Positions 30,331 through 44,668 are shown, counted from the stretch's first letter. The stretch: DNA of 64,000 nt from the human T2T-CHM13v2.0 reference genome, Homo sapiens (GCF_009914755.1 NC_060929.1), one strand, 5' to 3'. A program made the numbers and translations. Notes: generated by a model from the sequence alone, not told the origin.

Positions 30331-32649
30331 CTAAAGAGTCAGAGCGAATGCTATCTAGAGCAATGTTGAAGAAATTATTCCTGCAATGTAATAAGAGCAT
30401 GTCTCTCTTTTTTAAATATGAGGCAAAGACATGAAGGTGATGGAAAAATACTTGGTTTATCTTTGAAAAAGCTAGGGGCGGGGTTTGCCAGGGAAGTATA
30501 TTATGGAAGTGCAGGGTTTCACAGAATCCAGTGGGATTAAGTAGAGCTGTGAATACCTGGGGTCAACGTTGTAAACAGTCGTTAGTTTTCCAGCATCTGC
30601 TTTAACTTCTTGGCTCTGTTTGCAGACTGACTTTGTCTGCTTCATTGTTCTCATGGCCAAAAAAATGTCTTCTATGCCCCAGCTCTGTGAGAACCCACCA
30701 GCACCCAGCACTTACCCTCTACCAGTTTGCATTATTCACAGAGAACTGGATAGGCTCAACCCATCATAAATTGTTTCTTCTACAGTCAGATTAGTCTAAT
30801 CCTGCTCCACTCAGCTCTGGCTAGGGGACTCATGAGATGACCTCTAGGGAGGTCAACCTGGATTATAAGGTGATGAATTTTCTGAGAAAAAGATTTAGAA
30901 AGGCAGGCCATAATTATCTTTAATTAATAGAATATAGATAAGAGTCTAAGTGTCAGGAATCTGAAAGAGTTCATACTTGATCTGGAATTTTTTTACTGAA
31001 TTAGAAGGCAAGGTCATCTGCTAAATATAGAAAAAGTGTAAGAATAGTGGTGAAGGTTTGGAAAATCTGGTGCAAGGAATAGTTAAAGGGCCTTACCAGG
31101 AAAAACCAATAAGATTGCTCAGAGAAGCAGCTGATAATAGTGAATTTTTATCATTTCTTCAGTAGCTAGTGTTCCTTTGCCCAGTTATAGAAATGAGAAG
31201 GCAGATGTTTATATTGATCTAAATTGAAAGGGATTGTGGTTGAGGATGTTGTTAAGAGTGTGGTTGGAGAAGGATTTCATGGAATCTGGATTATATGGAG
31301 AAGCTTTGCAGGCAGAAATGGACTTCAGAAAACAGATGATCATAGTATAGGAGAGAGTATTGTAATAGAAGTCAGAGATAAGAGTGATATGAGGGTAAAA
31401 GGTTATAGTCAGAGTGGGGAACACTGGAATTAAGATTTGGAGGAAATCCAAATATATGAAATGACAAGGCTGAGCTAGGACTATGCTCATTAAAACATTT
31501 CAGCGGCTCAAATTTTTAAGTGCTCGCTCAGAAGTAGGCCCCAAACTCTGTATCTACAGGGAGTTATCAAGTGTCTTTCTCCACTTTGAGAGAACCCCAA
31601 AATTGTTTCTGCTAATTTCAGATGTGACTTTGACTTTATATTCTTGGTAACAATAAGAAAGAACCTACCGAATAGCATTTTTTTATTATTGTACATTAGG
31701 TTGCTATAATGTATTGGCCAAAAATAATTTTGCGTTTGGCATAATTAATGTTTAGAAGTTCTTCTAGAAAATATTTGGCTGGACACCATTAGCTTTTTCA
31801 AGAGGTCATTCATTCTATTCTTGCCTGGAGTATTGATGAGCTATGTTACCAGACTATGAAAGAATACTTTTATATTCATTTTTGATGTTACTCTATCAAC
31901 AGTGAATGTTCTGTAGCCATAGCAAATAACCTAAAAGTAGAACTAGTTTACCTTATCTCAAACACTATTTGTTTTTGTTTTGTTTTAATTTTTATCTTAT
32001 CAAAGTTATGTATGCATGATAATTTAAAAAGTCAAATAGTTTCTACAAACCTTATAATGAAAAATTGGCAGTCCTGTACCTGTCCCTCCCTGTCCCTGAT
32101 TGTACTTTAAACTTTCTTTTTTTTTTTTTTTGCGAATTCTATTTATCGCGAAGGTTCTAAATAACTCCCTTGTTCCATTTCCTTTTTTTTTCAATTTTAG
32201 ATATTATCTATTATCTTTTTATTATGGAAGATGAGTAATTTTCTTAATTTATTACCACCTCTAACAAACCTTCTCAATCTTCCCTTAATTTCCAGTATAG
32301 TTATGGCTTAATTTTTTATATTTTAATTGTACTAATATTGAGTATTTTATTATGACTCTTTAAATATTATCAACATTAGAGGTATATAGCGAACATTTCC
32401 TTTCTTGAAAAACATTCTAGAGTTTTTAAAAAGTAAATATCAGTTTTTTGTGTATCAATCTCTAAATTATATCCAAATTCTCTGACAGATGTATTAGTCT
32501 TCTCTCGGTATTTAGACATGGTATAAAATGCATCAGTTCCTTTTTTATGCGTTATTCATTTATTGTGTAATTCTCTGTCCTTGTTACTTTAGAGTGATAT
32601 GTCTTTAAGCATCTGCATGCCTGTTTTCTGAGCTCTCCTTTCACTCTCT

Positions 32650-33260
32650 ATATTAAACAAGGTTCAATCAGGAAACTAAACCAGAGTAGGTACTTCAACA
32701 AAGATTTAATATAGGGAATTACCAGGAGAACTGAAACAGCCAAAAGGGAACACAGGTAAGCCAGAGATTAATGATTACAGGAAGAGGCTACCACACCAAA
32801 GCAGTGGGAACAAAAGTGAAAAAATTGGCATTACCAGAACCAATGAGCTTACAGGAGATGTCTGGTGGAGCTCAAACTTGGACCTCTGAATAAGGGAGTG
32901 CTTGGCTGTTGGTGCTTAGTCAGAAATACAGCAAATGTGCCTGTAGCGCCAGGGTATGGACTGCTGAAGTGGGGTTGCTGCCTATCGATATCTTTGAGGT
33001 TTGCAATATGGCAATTCTGGGAGAGCCAAAACAAGTAGGAAGTTGAAGCAAAATGCCCTTGTTGAAGCAATGCTGATAGATATATGTTAAAATAAAAACA
33101 ACTCCCTTTCCCCAAACAGGAAGAAAACCTCTGGTTTTCTCATCCTTCTTTGTAATCTCCTCTAGTGTATCCTGTTACCAGAATGGAAGGGAAAACCAGG
33201 TAATATTAATGAGCAGAGTATAGAATAGTTGCTGTGGCCTGAGAGATAACCAGCACAATC
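32650..33260 (-). mobile_element. Old MaLR/ERVL-like LTR
   Basis: Begins tattaaacaaggttcaatcaggaaac..gatttaatatagggaatt, typical of antisense old MLT LTR ends. Confidence 0.5.
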
Positions 33261-33666
33261 CACAGCTACTCAGCATATTTAATACCCTCCTCTGCATATT
33301 TGAACTTCCATACGAAACAGCAATAACAATTTCCTGCTTCTGCTTAACAGGATCCAACTGTTTTTTCTTCAAATGAAGGTGCTCTCATGCTCACTCACAT
33401 AAATAAATATATAGTATCCAACTCTTGGTGTATTAATTTATCTTCTAATTCAGGAAAAACACTCCCAAAAACCAAACATCTAAATGTTGTGTAACTTAAA
33501 GCCTAATTTATTAAACTAACTGTCACCAAAAATCTTTATATAAAATTAACACAGGGAAAAGGAAGGAGGACAGAAGAAATGAGGTAATCTATACAAATCC
33601 CTTCACCATTGTTTTGAAGATTGTTTTTCTTTCTTTTGTACTGAATTCCAATATTTTTTGACCCAA

Positions 33667-34044
33667 TGTTGCAGTGTTTGAATGTTTGTGTCTCTCCAAA
33701 TTCATATGTTGAAGCTTAAGTCTTCTTATCTTAATGGGATGGTATTAAGAGGTGTGGCTCTTGGGAGGTGATTCGGTACTGAGGGCCAGGTCCTAATGAA
33801 TGGGATCAGTGCTCTTATAAAAGAGGCCTGAGCGAGGCTATTGGCCCTTTGTTTCTCCTGTCATCCTGTGTGGATGCAGCAAGACGGTGCCCTCTGTGAG
33901 GAACAAGCCCTCTCCAGATGCCAAATGTGCTAGCACCTTGATCTTAGACTTCCTAGCTCCTAGAACTGTGAGCAGTTAAGTTCTGTTGTTTGTAAAAACC
34001 CAGTCTAAGGTATTTGGTTATCAGAGCCTGAATAGACTAAGACA
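33667..34044 (+). mobile_element. MLT1A-type solo LTR
   Basis: TG..tgaatgtttgtgtc..aaattcatatgttgaa..gcaccttgatcttagacttcc..gactaagaCA. Confidence 0.85.
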
Positions 34045-34476
34045 CATCTCTTACCTTTTCTTTGTTTATTTTGTCACACTAATGGAACATATTCTCAAAT
34101 AGCTTCTTATCTGAATACGTATTTATCATTTTAAAGGCATTAATTCATTGACTTCTGGTATCTAGCACTGTTATAAAAATCCAGCACCATTCTAATTCAT
34201 CATCATTTATCTGTAACCTATTTTATTGCTCTGAAAGCTTTTAGAATCTCCTTTTTTTCCCCAGTCTTCCAAAAATTAATGATGCTCTCTCTTGATATGA
34301 ATCTTCTTTTAATCTGGTGTGCTAGGTTCTTAGTGGACTCATGTCTACACATTTTTTAATTTATACATTTTTTTCTTTTATGTCTTTTAAAATTCTGTCT
34401 CCTCTAACTCTACGGTGTCAATTTTAAGCTTCCTGTAATGACCCCGTCTTACATTTTGTCTCCTATTTTTCATTTA

Positions 34477-34478
<2 letters not shown>

Positions 34479-34516
<38 letters not shown>
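34479..34516 (+). repeat. (TG)19 microsatellite
   Basis: Uninterrupted TG run. Confidence 0.97.
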
Positions 34517-34517
<1 letters not shown>

Positions 34518-37434
34518 CACATCAAGCCTGTAAGTGTGGTTTCTACCTAAGCTCTAGCACTCAATATGTGGACTAGAGTGTGTCCTCTCAGGAAAAGCCA
34601 TGTAAACATGGATCCAGTCCTATTTGAGTATCCGCCAGTTTCTGTCTGCTTTTGGTGATTTTCCAGTCCCTTGAAATAGTGTTTTTGCTGTTGATTTTTG
34701 TTTGTTTGTTTTGTTTGGTCCAGAGTTTATAATTGTTATCTTTAAAGGGTTAGTGTAATACAACTTACTTTGCCATTACCTGAACTGGAACTACCTCATT
34801 GTTAACTTTTCATTATTTGTTTTTGGCAAGAAAATTCAATTAAACGCATGGTTACCGTCTATCATACTCCCTAGCTTCTCCCAGTCTCATTAAAAATAGA
34901 TGTTAAAAAGATGCTAATAGATGTTAACTATCTTATGGGCAATTTTCTTATTAAAAACACTTTGAAGATTTTAAAATGTTTTTTAGACCAATAATTTGTT
35001 TTTATCTTGTCTCTAGGTAAATAAGATTATATAGCAAAGTAAATATTACAAGTTTTTCAGGGGAATATTTTGAATTGAAATGTATTTTTAGAAGTTTGGC
35101 ATTAAATCGTAAGTAAAGTTTAAAAAAATTTTTAATAAATATTTTTGAATGAAAAAATTTGGCAGAATTTTTAATCCATTGTTTAGAAAGACAATTAAGG
35201 TTTGAAAAATTTCTTAGAAATAAGAAACCAAACATAAAATTAACATACTAAAATTTGATATTTTATTTCAATTAGGAATTTTAAAATACTTATTTTTATG
35301 ATTTTCAAAAGATCACTAGTTTTGAGTTTATTCATTAATGATAAATAATAATGGCCTTATAGTTAACACAGTAAGTTTTTATGAAAATTTTTTTTTCAAA
35401 TTTTTATTGTCAGTGTAATAATGCCTTTTAACCAATCATGCTATTTCATCAAATAAATTTAGTTCAGTGACTTGCATGGGGGAGGGGTGGTGGAGATTGG
35501 CCTTAATAGCTGACATTTTTTAATGGGAAGGAGCTAGAATTTTATAGTTAGGAAAAAAAATTACTGTTTTAATTTAGTTTTTTTGGAGAATGTTATGAGA
35601 GACCTAATTGTTCCTAAACAGGGAAAACTGGTTTAAATTGAGAAAAAAATTACTCATAATATTTTACACTACGTTCTATTAAGTTATAGTTTCTGAGTAT
35701 CCCATAGCATGATAATTTTATCATATTATAACTTTTGGCCAGTATTTGCTTACTCACTGTTTCTATGAGCAACAGAATCTACGCAACAGCAAACAGTGAT
35801 CCCAGCCCCAGTTAGATTTTTCTCTTTCATAGGCACTCTGGAATGCTACTGTGTTAAAGTAATCAACCATTTTAAAAAGACAAATCAAATTTAAACTGAC
35901 TCGAGAGTGTAGTTTTTTTTTACCCATAGATGTTATTTTTGTTGTGGTTTATTTGCAAAACCCTTCACCAGTCATCTTTAGATATTGTTCACAAGTCTCC
36001 TATGGGATAAATCATTACTTTGAATACAGAGGTTACAGTTGTTTATTCAGGATCCCACTATAAATTGAGGTCAATACTGGGATTCTAACGTAGAGATTTC
36101 TAAGGTTCCCATATACTATAATTGTTTTGATACGACCAAGGGATAAAAAAAGAATAATAAAAGACTGAGTAGGCACTTACATTTATATTTCTACTTACAG
36201 ATTATTTAATAGTGTTATCAGCTATAGTGTAGGACATCTGAATGAAGAGTAAACGATGGAAAACATAACCAAAGGACATAACTATGGGCATCTTGATTAG
36301 ATGAAAAAACATGATGGTCCTAAATGGGGGGAATTCAATATTACTTTGTAATTCATTTTGGAAAGAAATTAATTCCTTTCACAATAATTTGAAAATTAGT
36401 GTAGTTCCAAACCACATGCCCAGCATTAAAAAAAAAAACAACACTTTATTAAGGTATGATTGATATACAAAAAAAGTATGTATTATATATATATATATAA
36501 AACTTAATGAGTTTGTTGGTAAGTATACATGTGTGAAACCAGCATTTTTCTTTAAGTTGCTGTATTTTGTTTATTTTGGTTTGGATTTGTCTGAAATTCG
36601 TAGTCAAAATTTCATGGGACGTTCTTGGTAAAACTAGATGATGAATGTTTGAAAAAAGAATTAAGAGATGGAGTTTATAGTTCTTAATAATAAAACATAG
36701 TATAAAGCTATAATAATTAAAACAGCATGTTATTGGTAAATGGATAGAAACTAATGAGACTGAATAGCAAGCTCAAAAGCATACTTAAATATGTATAAAT
36801 ACTTAATTTCTAATAGTGGTATTTCATATGAATAAGGAGAGAATAGATTGCTAAATAACTGGTGAAGAAGCATTGGTTAGGTATTTGGAGAGAGAAATTA
36901 AAAAATGAAAATATAGATGAATAATCACTTTCTTTGATAGGCAAAGACCTTAAAACAAAACTATTTTTAGACTTAACAACTTTAAAATGTAACTGCTCCA
37001 CAAGTAATATTGCCAAACCAGAAAAATACTTGCAGCATGTATGACAAAGTATTAATTAACTTCACTGACAAACACTTTCTGAACTCTTACTATGAGCATA
37101 GAGCTTATGCTTGGGGTGGGGAAAGAAAACAATAAACATTTACAAATTAGATAATTTCAGATAATCACAACTTTTATGAAGATTATAAAATATTGTTTCT
37201 CAATACTTGTACTATTGGCATATCTTTATAGGACTGTTGGGAAGATTCTAGAATGATTATATCCTAGTTAAAGAAGCCAAGGAAAAAATCTCTAGAAAAG
37301 TAATATTGAGCAGAGAATTGAATATAGTAAAGGAGAAAACCGTGAATTTTGAGGAGAACATTCTTGGAAGGATCTGCAAAGACCCTCTATTAGTGTTTTG
37401 TTAAAGGTGAAACAAAGTAGTACACACTTAGTGG

Positions 37435-37735
37435 TTTCCTTGTCCCATCCAGCTCCTAGAGGCTTTCAGCATTCCTAAACTTGTGACTACATCACTCCCA
37501 ATTTCTGCTTTATTCGCACATCACCTTCTTACTGTGATCTCCTTCCTTTCTCTTGTAAGGACCATTGTGATTACATTGGGCCCACCTGGCTAATTCATGA
37601 TTCTCTCTCCCTGTCTCAAGATCTTTAAGCTAATCACATCCCTAAAGTCCTTTTTGTCACATAAGGTAATATTCACAGGTTCTGGAAATTACAACACAGA
37701 CATGGGGGAGGAGGGCTACTATTCAGCTTCCCACA
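37435..37735 (-). mobile_element. MLT1C-like LTR (partial)
   Basis: tgtgattacattgggcccacc..ataaggtaatattcacaggttc..tattcagcttcccaca. Confidence 0.8.
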
Positions 37736-37748
37736 GACCCTGATTCAG

Positions 37749-38265
37749 TGTGTTCATTTTCAATTGCTACAGTAGCAAATTACCACAGACTTAGTGCCTC
37801 AAAACAACATAAATTTACCAAACATAACATAAATATATATTTTACTTCTGTGGCATAAAAGTTCAATATAGGTCTCACCTAGCAAACATCAAAATGTCAG
37901 TAGGGCTGTGTTCTGGAGGCTCTACAGGAGAACCCATTGTCTTGTCTTTCCCCGTTTCTAGAAACCACATACATTTTTGGCTCATGGCCTGCTTCTTCCA
38001 TTTTTAACGGTAGCAGTTTTGTATCTCTCTGTGTGTATCTTCACCGCTTGTCCCTCTGACTGCAGCCAGGAACGTTTCTCTAATTTTAAGTATTTATGTG
38101 AATACATTGGGCTCACCCAGAAAATAATGAAGAATAATCTCTCATCTCAAAGATTATAACCTTAATCTCATTTATAAAGTCCCACTTTACTGTGGAAGGT
38201 AACATCCCAAGTTTCAATAATTAGCTTGTAGACATCTTTGGGGGAACATCATTCTGTCTACCACA
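37749..38265 (-). mobile_element. MLT1D-like LTR
   Basis: aaattaccacagacttagtg..ttctggaggctcta..gacatctttgggggaacatcattctgtctaccaca. Confidence 0.8.
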
Positions 38266-38517
38266 TTCAGGAATATTTTGACCTATTCAAGCATAGAAAG
38301 AAGGCAAGTGGCTGGGGCACAGCAAAGGGAGGGAGAATGGTGAGAGATGAGATTGGCACGGTAGTCACAGGCCAGACTGCTGTCCATTGGAGAGTATTTC
38401 AAGAGAGAATAGGATGTCATAAATTAAAGAAATAGATCAACATTAATCTACAGAAGTTTCTGGGATGATAAAAAGAATGAGATGATAGATTCTGTATCTT
38501 ATCTGTTTTTGGTGTAT

Positions 38518-38668
38518 CCGTACTGCCCAGTACAGCAACCATTAGCTATATGTGGCTGTTGAACACTAAAATGTGACTTGTGTGACTGAGGAACTTACTT
38601 TTTAATTTAATTAAATTTAAATTTAAATAGTCATGTGTGACTAGTGATGACTGTATTGAACAGGACAG
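38518..38668. mobile_element. MER3 (hAT-Charlie)
   Basis: tagctatatgtggctgttgaacact..gtgactgaggaact..aaatagtcatgtgtgactagtg..gtattgaacag. Confidence 0.75.
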
Positions 38669-38794
38669 ACAATAGATACATTTTGGGAGAAGTTTTGCAA
38701 TGACAGGAGCAGAAAAATGGACAATAGCAACTAGAGGGATATGGGATTAAGGGTGTTTTTTGTTTTGTTTAGATTGGTAAAATTAAAGCATATT

Positions 38795-39075
38795 TGTATT
38801 CATTATGTATTATTGAGTAACACATTACCACAAATTTAGCAGCTTAAAACCATATACATTTATTAATCTCACTGTTTCTGTGGGTGAGGAGTCCAGGTAT
38901 GGCATTGCTAGGAGTCCTAGCTTTTACATGAGTTTGTAAAAGCTGCAATTAAGGTGTTGTCCAGGGGCTGTGGTCTCATCTCAAGGTGAAGGATCTGCCT
39001 TCAAGCTCAGTGGGGTACTGGCACAGTTGAGTTCCTTGTAGCCTTTTGGACTGAGGGCCTCAGTTTCTTGCTGGC
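38795..39075 (-). mobile_element. MLT1 LTR fragment
   Basis: taacacattaccacaaatttagcagcttaaaac..ggactgagggcctcagtttcttgctggct. Confidence 0.8.
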
Positions 39076-39218
39076 TATGATGGTTAATTTTATATGTCAG
39101 CTTGGCAGGGCTGTGGTGCCCAGATATGTGGTCAGACATTCTGGGTGTTTTTGTGAGGGTGTTTTTGGATGAAATTAATATTCAAATCAATGGATTTTAA
39201 GTAAAGAGGATTGCCCTC
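39076..39218 (+). mobile_element. MLT2 (ERVL) LTR 5' fragment
   Basis: tgatggttaattttatatgtcagcttggc..gtgagggtgtttttggatga..gattgccctc. Confidence 0.85.
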
Positions 39219-39435
39219 TGTGTTAGTCCATTCTTATGTCACTATAAAGAAATTCATGAGAATGGGTGCTTTATAAAGAAAAGAGGTTTAATTGGCTCAT
39301 GATTCTGCATGCCATACAAGAAGCATGGTGCCAGTGTCTGTTCCTGCTGAGGGCCTCAGGAAGCTTCCAATCACGGCAGAAGATGATGGAGAACTGGCAT
39401 GTCACATGGCAAGAGTGGGGGCAAGATAGAGAGAA
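39219..39435 (-). mobile_element. MST (MSTA/B) LTR 3' half
   Basis: tgtgttagtccattc..aagaaaagaggtttaattggctca..ggcctcaggaagcttccaatcacggcagaag..tcacatggcaagag. Confidence 0.85.
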
Positions 39436-40535
39436 GCAGTTCTCAAGTGAACTAAGTGAGAGGAGGCCCCACCTAGAGATACAGATTTGGCAGTTTTCAG
39501 CTTATTTTTAATAATGGAAGCTGTGACTGCGAATAACCCTTTCAACCTCTGTAGAGTTAAATAAGAAGAGGGCCAAGGAATTATTCCAGGAAACAATACT
39601 GTTTTACCTCTGAGTAGACAATAGAGAAGCATACTGAAAAGATATGCCTAGAGACCTGTGATGAGATCTGGAAGAGTGTCAGGGAATCCAAGATTCTGTA
39701 TAGAAGGAATCAAATCTGTATTTCTTCATCAGCACCTAATACCAAAAATAAAGTAGCAGGCAAATAATAGGCAACCCCTGCCCTCTCCCTCTGACCAATC
39801 CGGTTATTATAGGGAAAGCCTTCTAGCTGGTTGAGTCCATATACAATATAATGTTTCATTTTTAATTGTAACACCTAATTAAGCCAGGATATATACCCTA
39901 AATGTAACTATATTGTCCATGAACCAAAAGACTCATCATCTCTGTTTAAGACAACAATAGCATGAATATTTATAGCCCTTCAATGTAAAGCCAACTTCTG
40001 AGATTTCTGTACTATGTAGACTTTTGTGGAGTTTTTTTCTTTTTTTTTGCTCTCAAGAACTCTCTGATTCCCACTATGACTTTTGCAATTATTAAGACCT
40101 AAATAAGAATTCTTAGATGACACACTTGAAATATTAAATCGTATAGCGTAGCCTTAAAATGCTTATAATTTTTGTAGCACAATAATTACAATTTTGCCTA
40201 CTTTTCACCCCTAGATTATTGCATTTTGATTTTAAGAACCTGTAAGATCCAAAATACATGGAGCTTGATTATATGATCAGCTTGAGATATATAAGCATTT
40301 TTTATTAGTTCTAAGAAATTTGGGCAATAATATGTTGTAGTTGGGAAGATGAGATTAGTAGTTTTGCAAATATAGTTTTCTTATCTTTTTAGAAGGAGTC
40401 CTTATCAGTATCCTTTTCTCAGTTCCAGTTACCTTTTAAGATCAGTGTGAGCAGTTGTCAACTGAGATATGTTACTGTCCCTTTTAGGAGGTGCATTTGT
40501 GATGTTCTTTATTTAAATCTAAAACAAACATTTCA

Positions 40536-40848
<313 letters not shown>

Positions 40849-42086
40849 TTAGAAAGTCACTAAACTGAAGAGTTCAGGATATAAAGACTTAGGTTGTAGT
40901 TGATTCAAAACTACAACCAAAAGTTGATCAACTTGTAGTTGATGAGGAACATAGCTAGGTCAAGGTAATACAGTTCAGTCACCTTTTTTTAAACATATCT
41001 TGATCAATTTCCTGTATTACTAGAATTTTACAACTATGTATCACAACTATATATATGCAACTGTGTATATATCTACAATAGACAATATTCTGCATTATAA
41101 ACTGTAATGGATAGACTACTGTTTTTAGTATACATATATCTTGATACAGCTAAATTTTTCTCTGATGTGAATAAATTTAAAAGCACTCACTGCAACAAAA
41201 TGAGATTCTATCTGGCCGTTATGCACCTAGTAATAACATCAAGATACCTTTATTTTTCATTTTCCTTTAGTTCCACATCTTGTTTCCCAGGATAGTAATG
41301 AACTTTAATTCTGCAAGTTTATTTAGTCTACTTTGATAATATATTGAAACTGAAACCCTTTAGTGGATATATTTTAAGCAGGATATCAAATCACACCTTG
41401 ATAATCTCCTCTCCTCAGAAACACTTAGAATGGCCACAAATAACTCTCTAGGAATTAAGTTATTCATAGTATTTATTTTGTATGCTTTACTGATACTTTT
41501 ATTTGTGTGGCCATTTAAAAGAACCTGAAAACTGAGTATATAACTATACATTCTTTAAAAAACATCTGTTTAATTATTTTCAAATCTATGTATTATGATA
41601 GCATTAAGTGCTATTAAGCAATCTTTAACTGTGCCCTTTTTGTTTAAATTGTACTAATCAATAAATAACCCTGTCATGTCTTTATTTCTATATTTGGACA
41701 GAATCACTGCCCAAATCCCTTACCTATCCTATTGTAGTTATAGTTTCTTAATGAGGATTATTACAATAAATAAATAATCAAAATTTTATCAAGCACATAG
41801 TATGGGCCAGAGCTTTGAAAGATAATTTGGAGGCTATGGAAGAAATAGAAAAGAGGGTCCCAGATCTCAAAAAGCTTGAAATCTAAAGGGAAAGACTACA
41901 TTTCTGAAACAACCAAAGAAAAATATAAGCAGGATATAACTGAATAATACATTGTATGAGACTGAAATATTAAGACTAGAGAGGCCAATGTAGGCTGATA
42001 TGGTTTGGCTGTGTCTCCATCCATATCTCATCTTGAATGGTAACTCCAACAATTCCCGTGTGTCATGGGAGGAACCTGGTGGGAGG

Positions 42087-42097
42087 TGATTGAATTA
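42087..42097 (-). promoter_or_regulatory. DUX4-type double-homeobox motif TAATTCAATCA in the THE1 U3
   Basis: + strand TGATTGAATTA is the reverse complement of TAATTCAATCA, fitting the TAAYBBAATCA consensus. Motif match only; binding not shown. Confidence 0.55.
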
Positions 42098-42175
42098 CAG
42101 GGGCAGGTCTTTCCTGTGCTGTTCTCATGATAATGAATGAGTCTCATGAGATCTGATGGTTTTAAAAACAGGAGT

Positions 42176-42467
42176 GTCCGGGCACAGTGGCCCACGCCTG
42201 TAATCTCAGCACTTTGGGAGGCCGAGGTGGGCAGATCACGAGGTCAGGAGTTCGAGACCAGCCTGACCAACATGGTGAAACCCTGTATCTACTAAAAATA
42301 CAAAAATTAGGGCATGGTGGCCCACCCCTGTAATCCCAGCTACTCAGGAGGCTGAGGCAGGAGAATCACTTGAACCCAGGAGGCAGAGGTTGCAGTGAGC
42401 CGAGATCATGCCACTGTACTCTAGCCTGGGTGACAGAGTGAGACTGTCTAAAAAAACCCAAAAAACA
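42176..42467 (+). mobile_element. AluSg-like inside THE1
   Basis: Full Alu; TSD AAAAACAGG on both sides. Confidence 0.95.
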
Positions 42468-42911
42468 AAAAACAGGTTTCCCTGCATAAGCTCTGTTTTT
42501 GCCTGCTGTCATCCGTGTAAGACGTGACTTGCTCCTCCTTGCCTTCTGCCATGATTGAGAGGCCTCCCCAGCCATGTGAAACTCTAAGTGCATTAAACCC
42601 TTTTTCTTCCCAGTCTCAGGTATGTCTTTATCAGCTGTGTGAAGACCAACTAATACATAGGCTAACTTAGTTAAAAAGAACTTGGCCTGGGCTTTGAGGT
42701 GATGGTAAGGGAGTATGGCATTTAATCTTGGACTTGAAGGGTTGACAAAAAGATATCCGGAATAGACAAACCCCTGGCTAAAGAAAATGTATGTGTTTTC
42801 TGAAATTGATGATTTTTAATGCGGATTAAATTTAAAAAGCTAAAAGTATTTATTCTATCACTTAGAATGATAACTATTAAGAGTCAACTAGTGAAACCTA
42901 CTATGATTCTT

Positions 42912-43369
<458 letters not shown>

Positions 43370-44668
43370 GATTATCAATATTTTAAAAGTTAATTGCTCT
43401 TAACTTCTTTACATAGAGAAATGCAGACATAGCTTAAACTCTTAGAAGATTATAGATAGACTGAGGTTCTTAACAAGATCTGTGTACTCTTAATTATTAA
43501 TAAAATTGAGAACTAACTACAAAAAAACTCTTAATTTTATCTGTTTCTAACAGAAGAGACATGCTCTCAAAATGTCTTTTATATGTGGTTTCTGGCTGTG
43601 CTGTACCATTCAAAGTCATGGTTTTATACTGTAGATTATTTTGAAGTGACAGAACTGATAAATAAAGAACAGCTGTGACAGTAACCTTATATGTCAAACT
43701 AGAAACTGGAGTAAAAATTTAAAAATTGACACAACAGTACGATATAGCTTTTGTGCTAATTTGCTGGCGTTAAAATGATACTTAAATTGCTGCTTTTGTT
43801 GTGAGACAGAATAAAGATGGACTGGGTGTAGAGGTAGAACACAGAAATATTTTATACTTCTCAACTCATTAAGCCTGATGAGGCCCTTTTTGAAGTCCAG
43901 TGCATCTAGGCACGTGGCCCCTTGCATCTGTAGTAATGTGCACAGCCTAGAACAGCAGCAGTGAAGGTGAAAGAGTGCCTCCTGCTCCTGGCTATGCACC
44001 GTGTGTATACGGGCCAAATACTTTTGAGAATTAAAAAAAAAAATTAATCTGAGTATTTCAAGTAAAATCCTTTTCTTTGATTAAATTTCTAGATACTTTT
44101 AGTTTATTTTTATTCTGTAGAATAACAGATGTCCTTATCTATTGAAGGACTAGAAACTGGTGACAATAATTAGAAAATAGATATAAAAAAAGTTGTATAC
44201 TTTTAAGAAGAAATGACATTTCATGTTTATTTTACACTGATTAGCTGCAAAAAGATCTAAGAGGGTTTTGGAATTTTTCATCAGTGTGTTTGAGTGATAT
44301 TTTGAAAGAAGTTGTTATTAGTGATTTAAAATTAGTCCTTTCTTTGTCATCTGAGATAGAAGTGTAGAGGGCTGGACTTGTTTATCTCTTCATTTGTATT
44401 TTACTGATTATTTTATTTCAGGATCAAAGTGTGGGATGAATTCTTTATCCTTTTGGCATTTTGAAACTTTTCAAATGTTAAAAAAAACTTTTTATTTCTA
44501 AAAATGTCCACTTCTCTCAAAGCTACCTGACAATTGTTATAATAAAAGAATACAAAACCACTTTGTGGGTTTATGTTTTGCTATTGTAACCTATTGTCTA
44601 AAATAAAGTAAGCTTATTTTTTTCTCCTGCTTTGTATCAACTCAAAACAATAATATTCTGTAGGTGAC

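Larger units (their letters stand above)
41996..42657 (+). mobile_element. THE1 (THE1A/B-like, ERVL-MaLR) solo LTR interrupted by an Alu
   Basis: TGATATGGTTTGGCTGTGTC...CTAATACA termini; perfect 5-bp TSD TAGGC (41991-41995 and 42658-42662); ATTAAA poly(A) signal at 42592. Confidence 0.93.
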
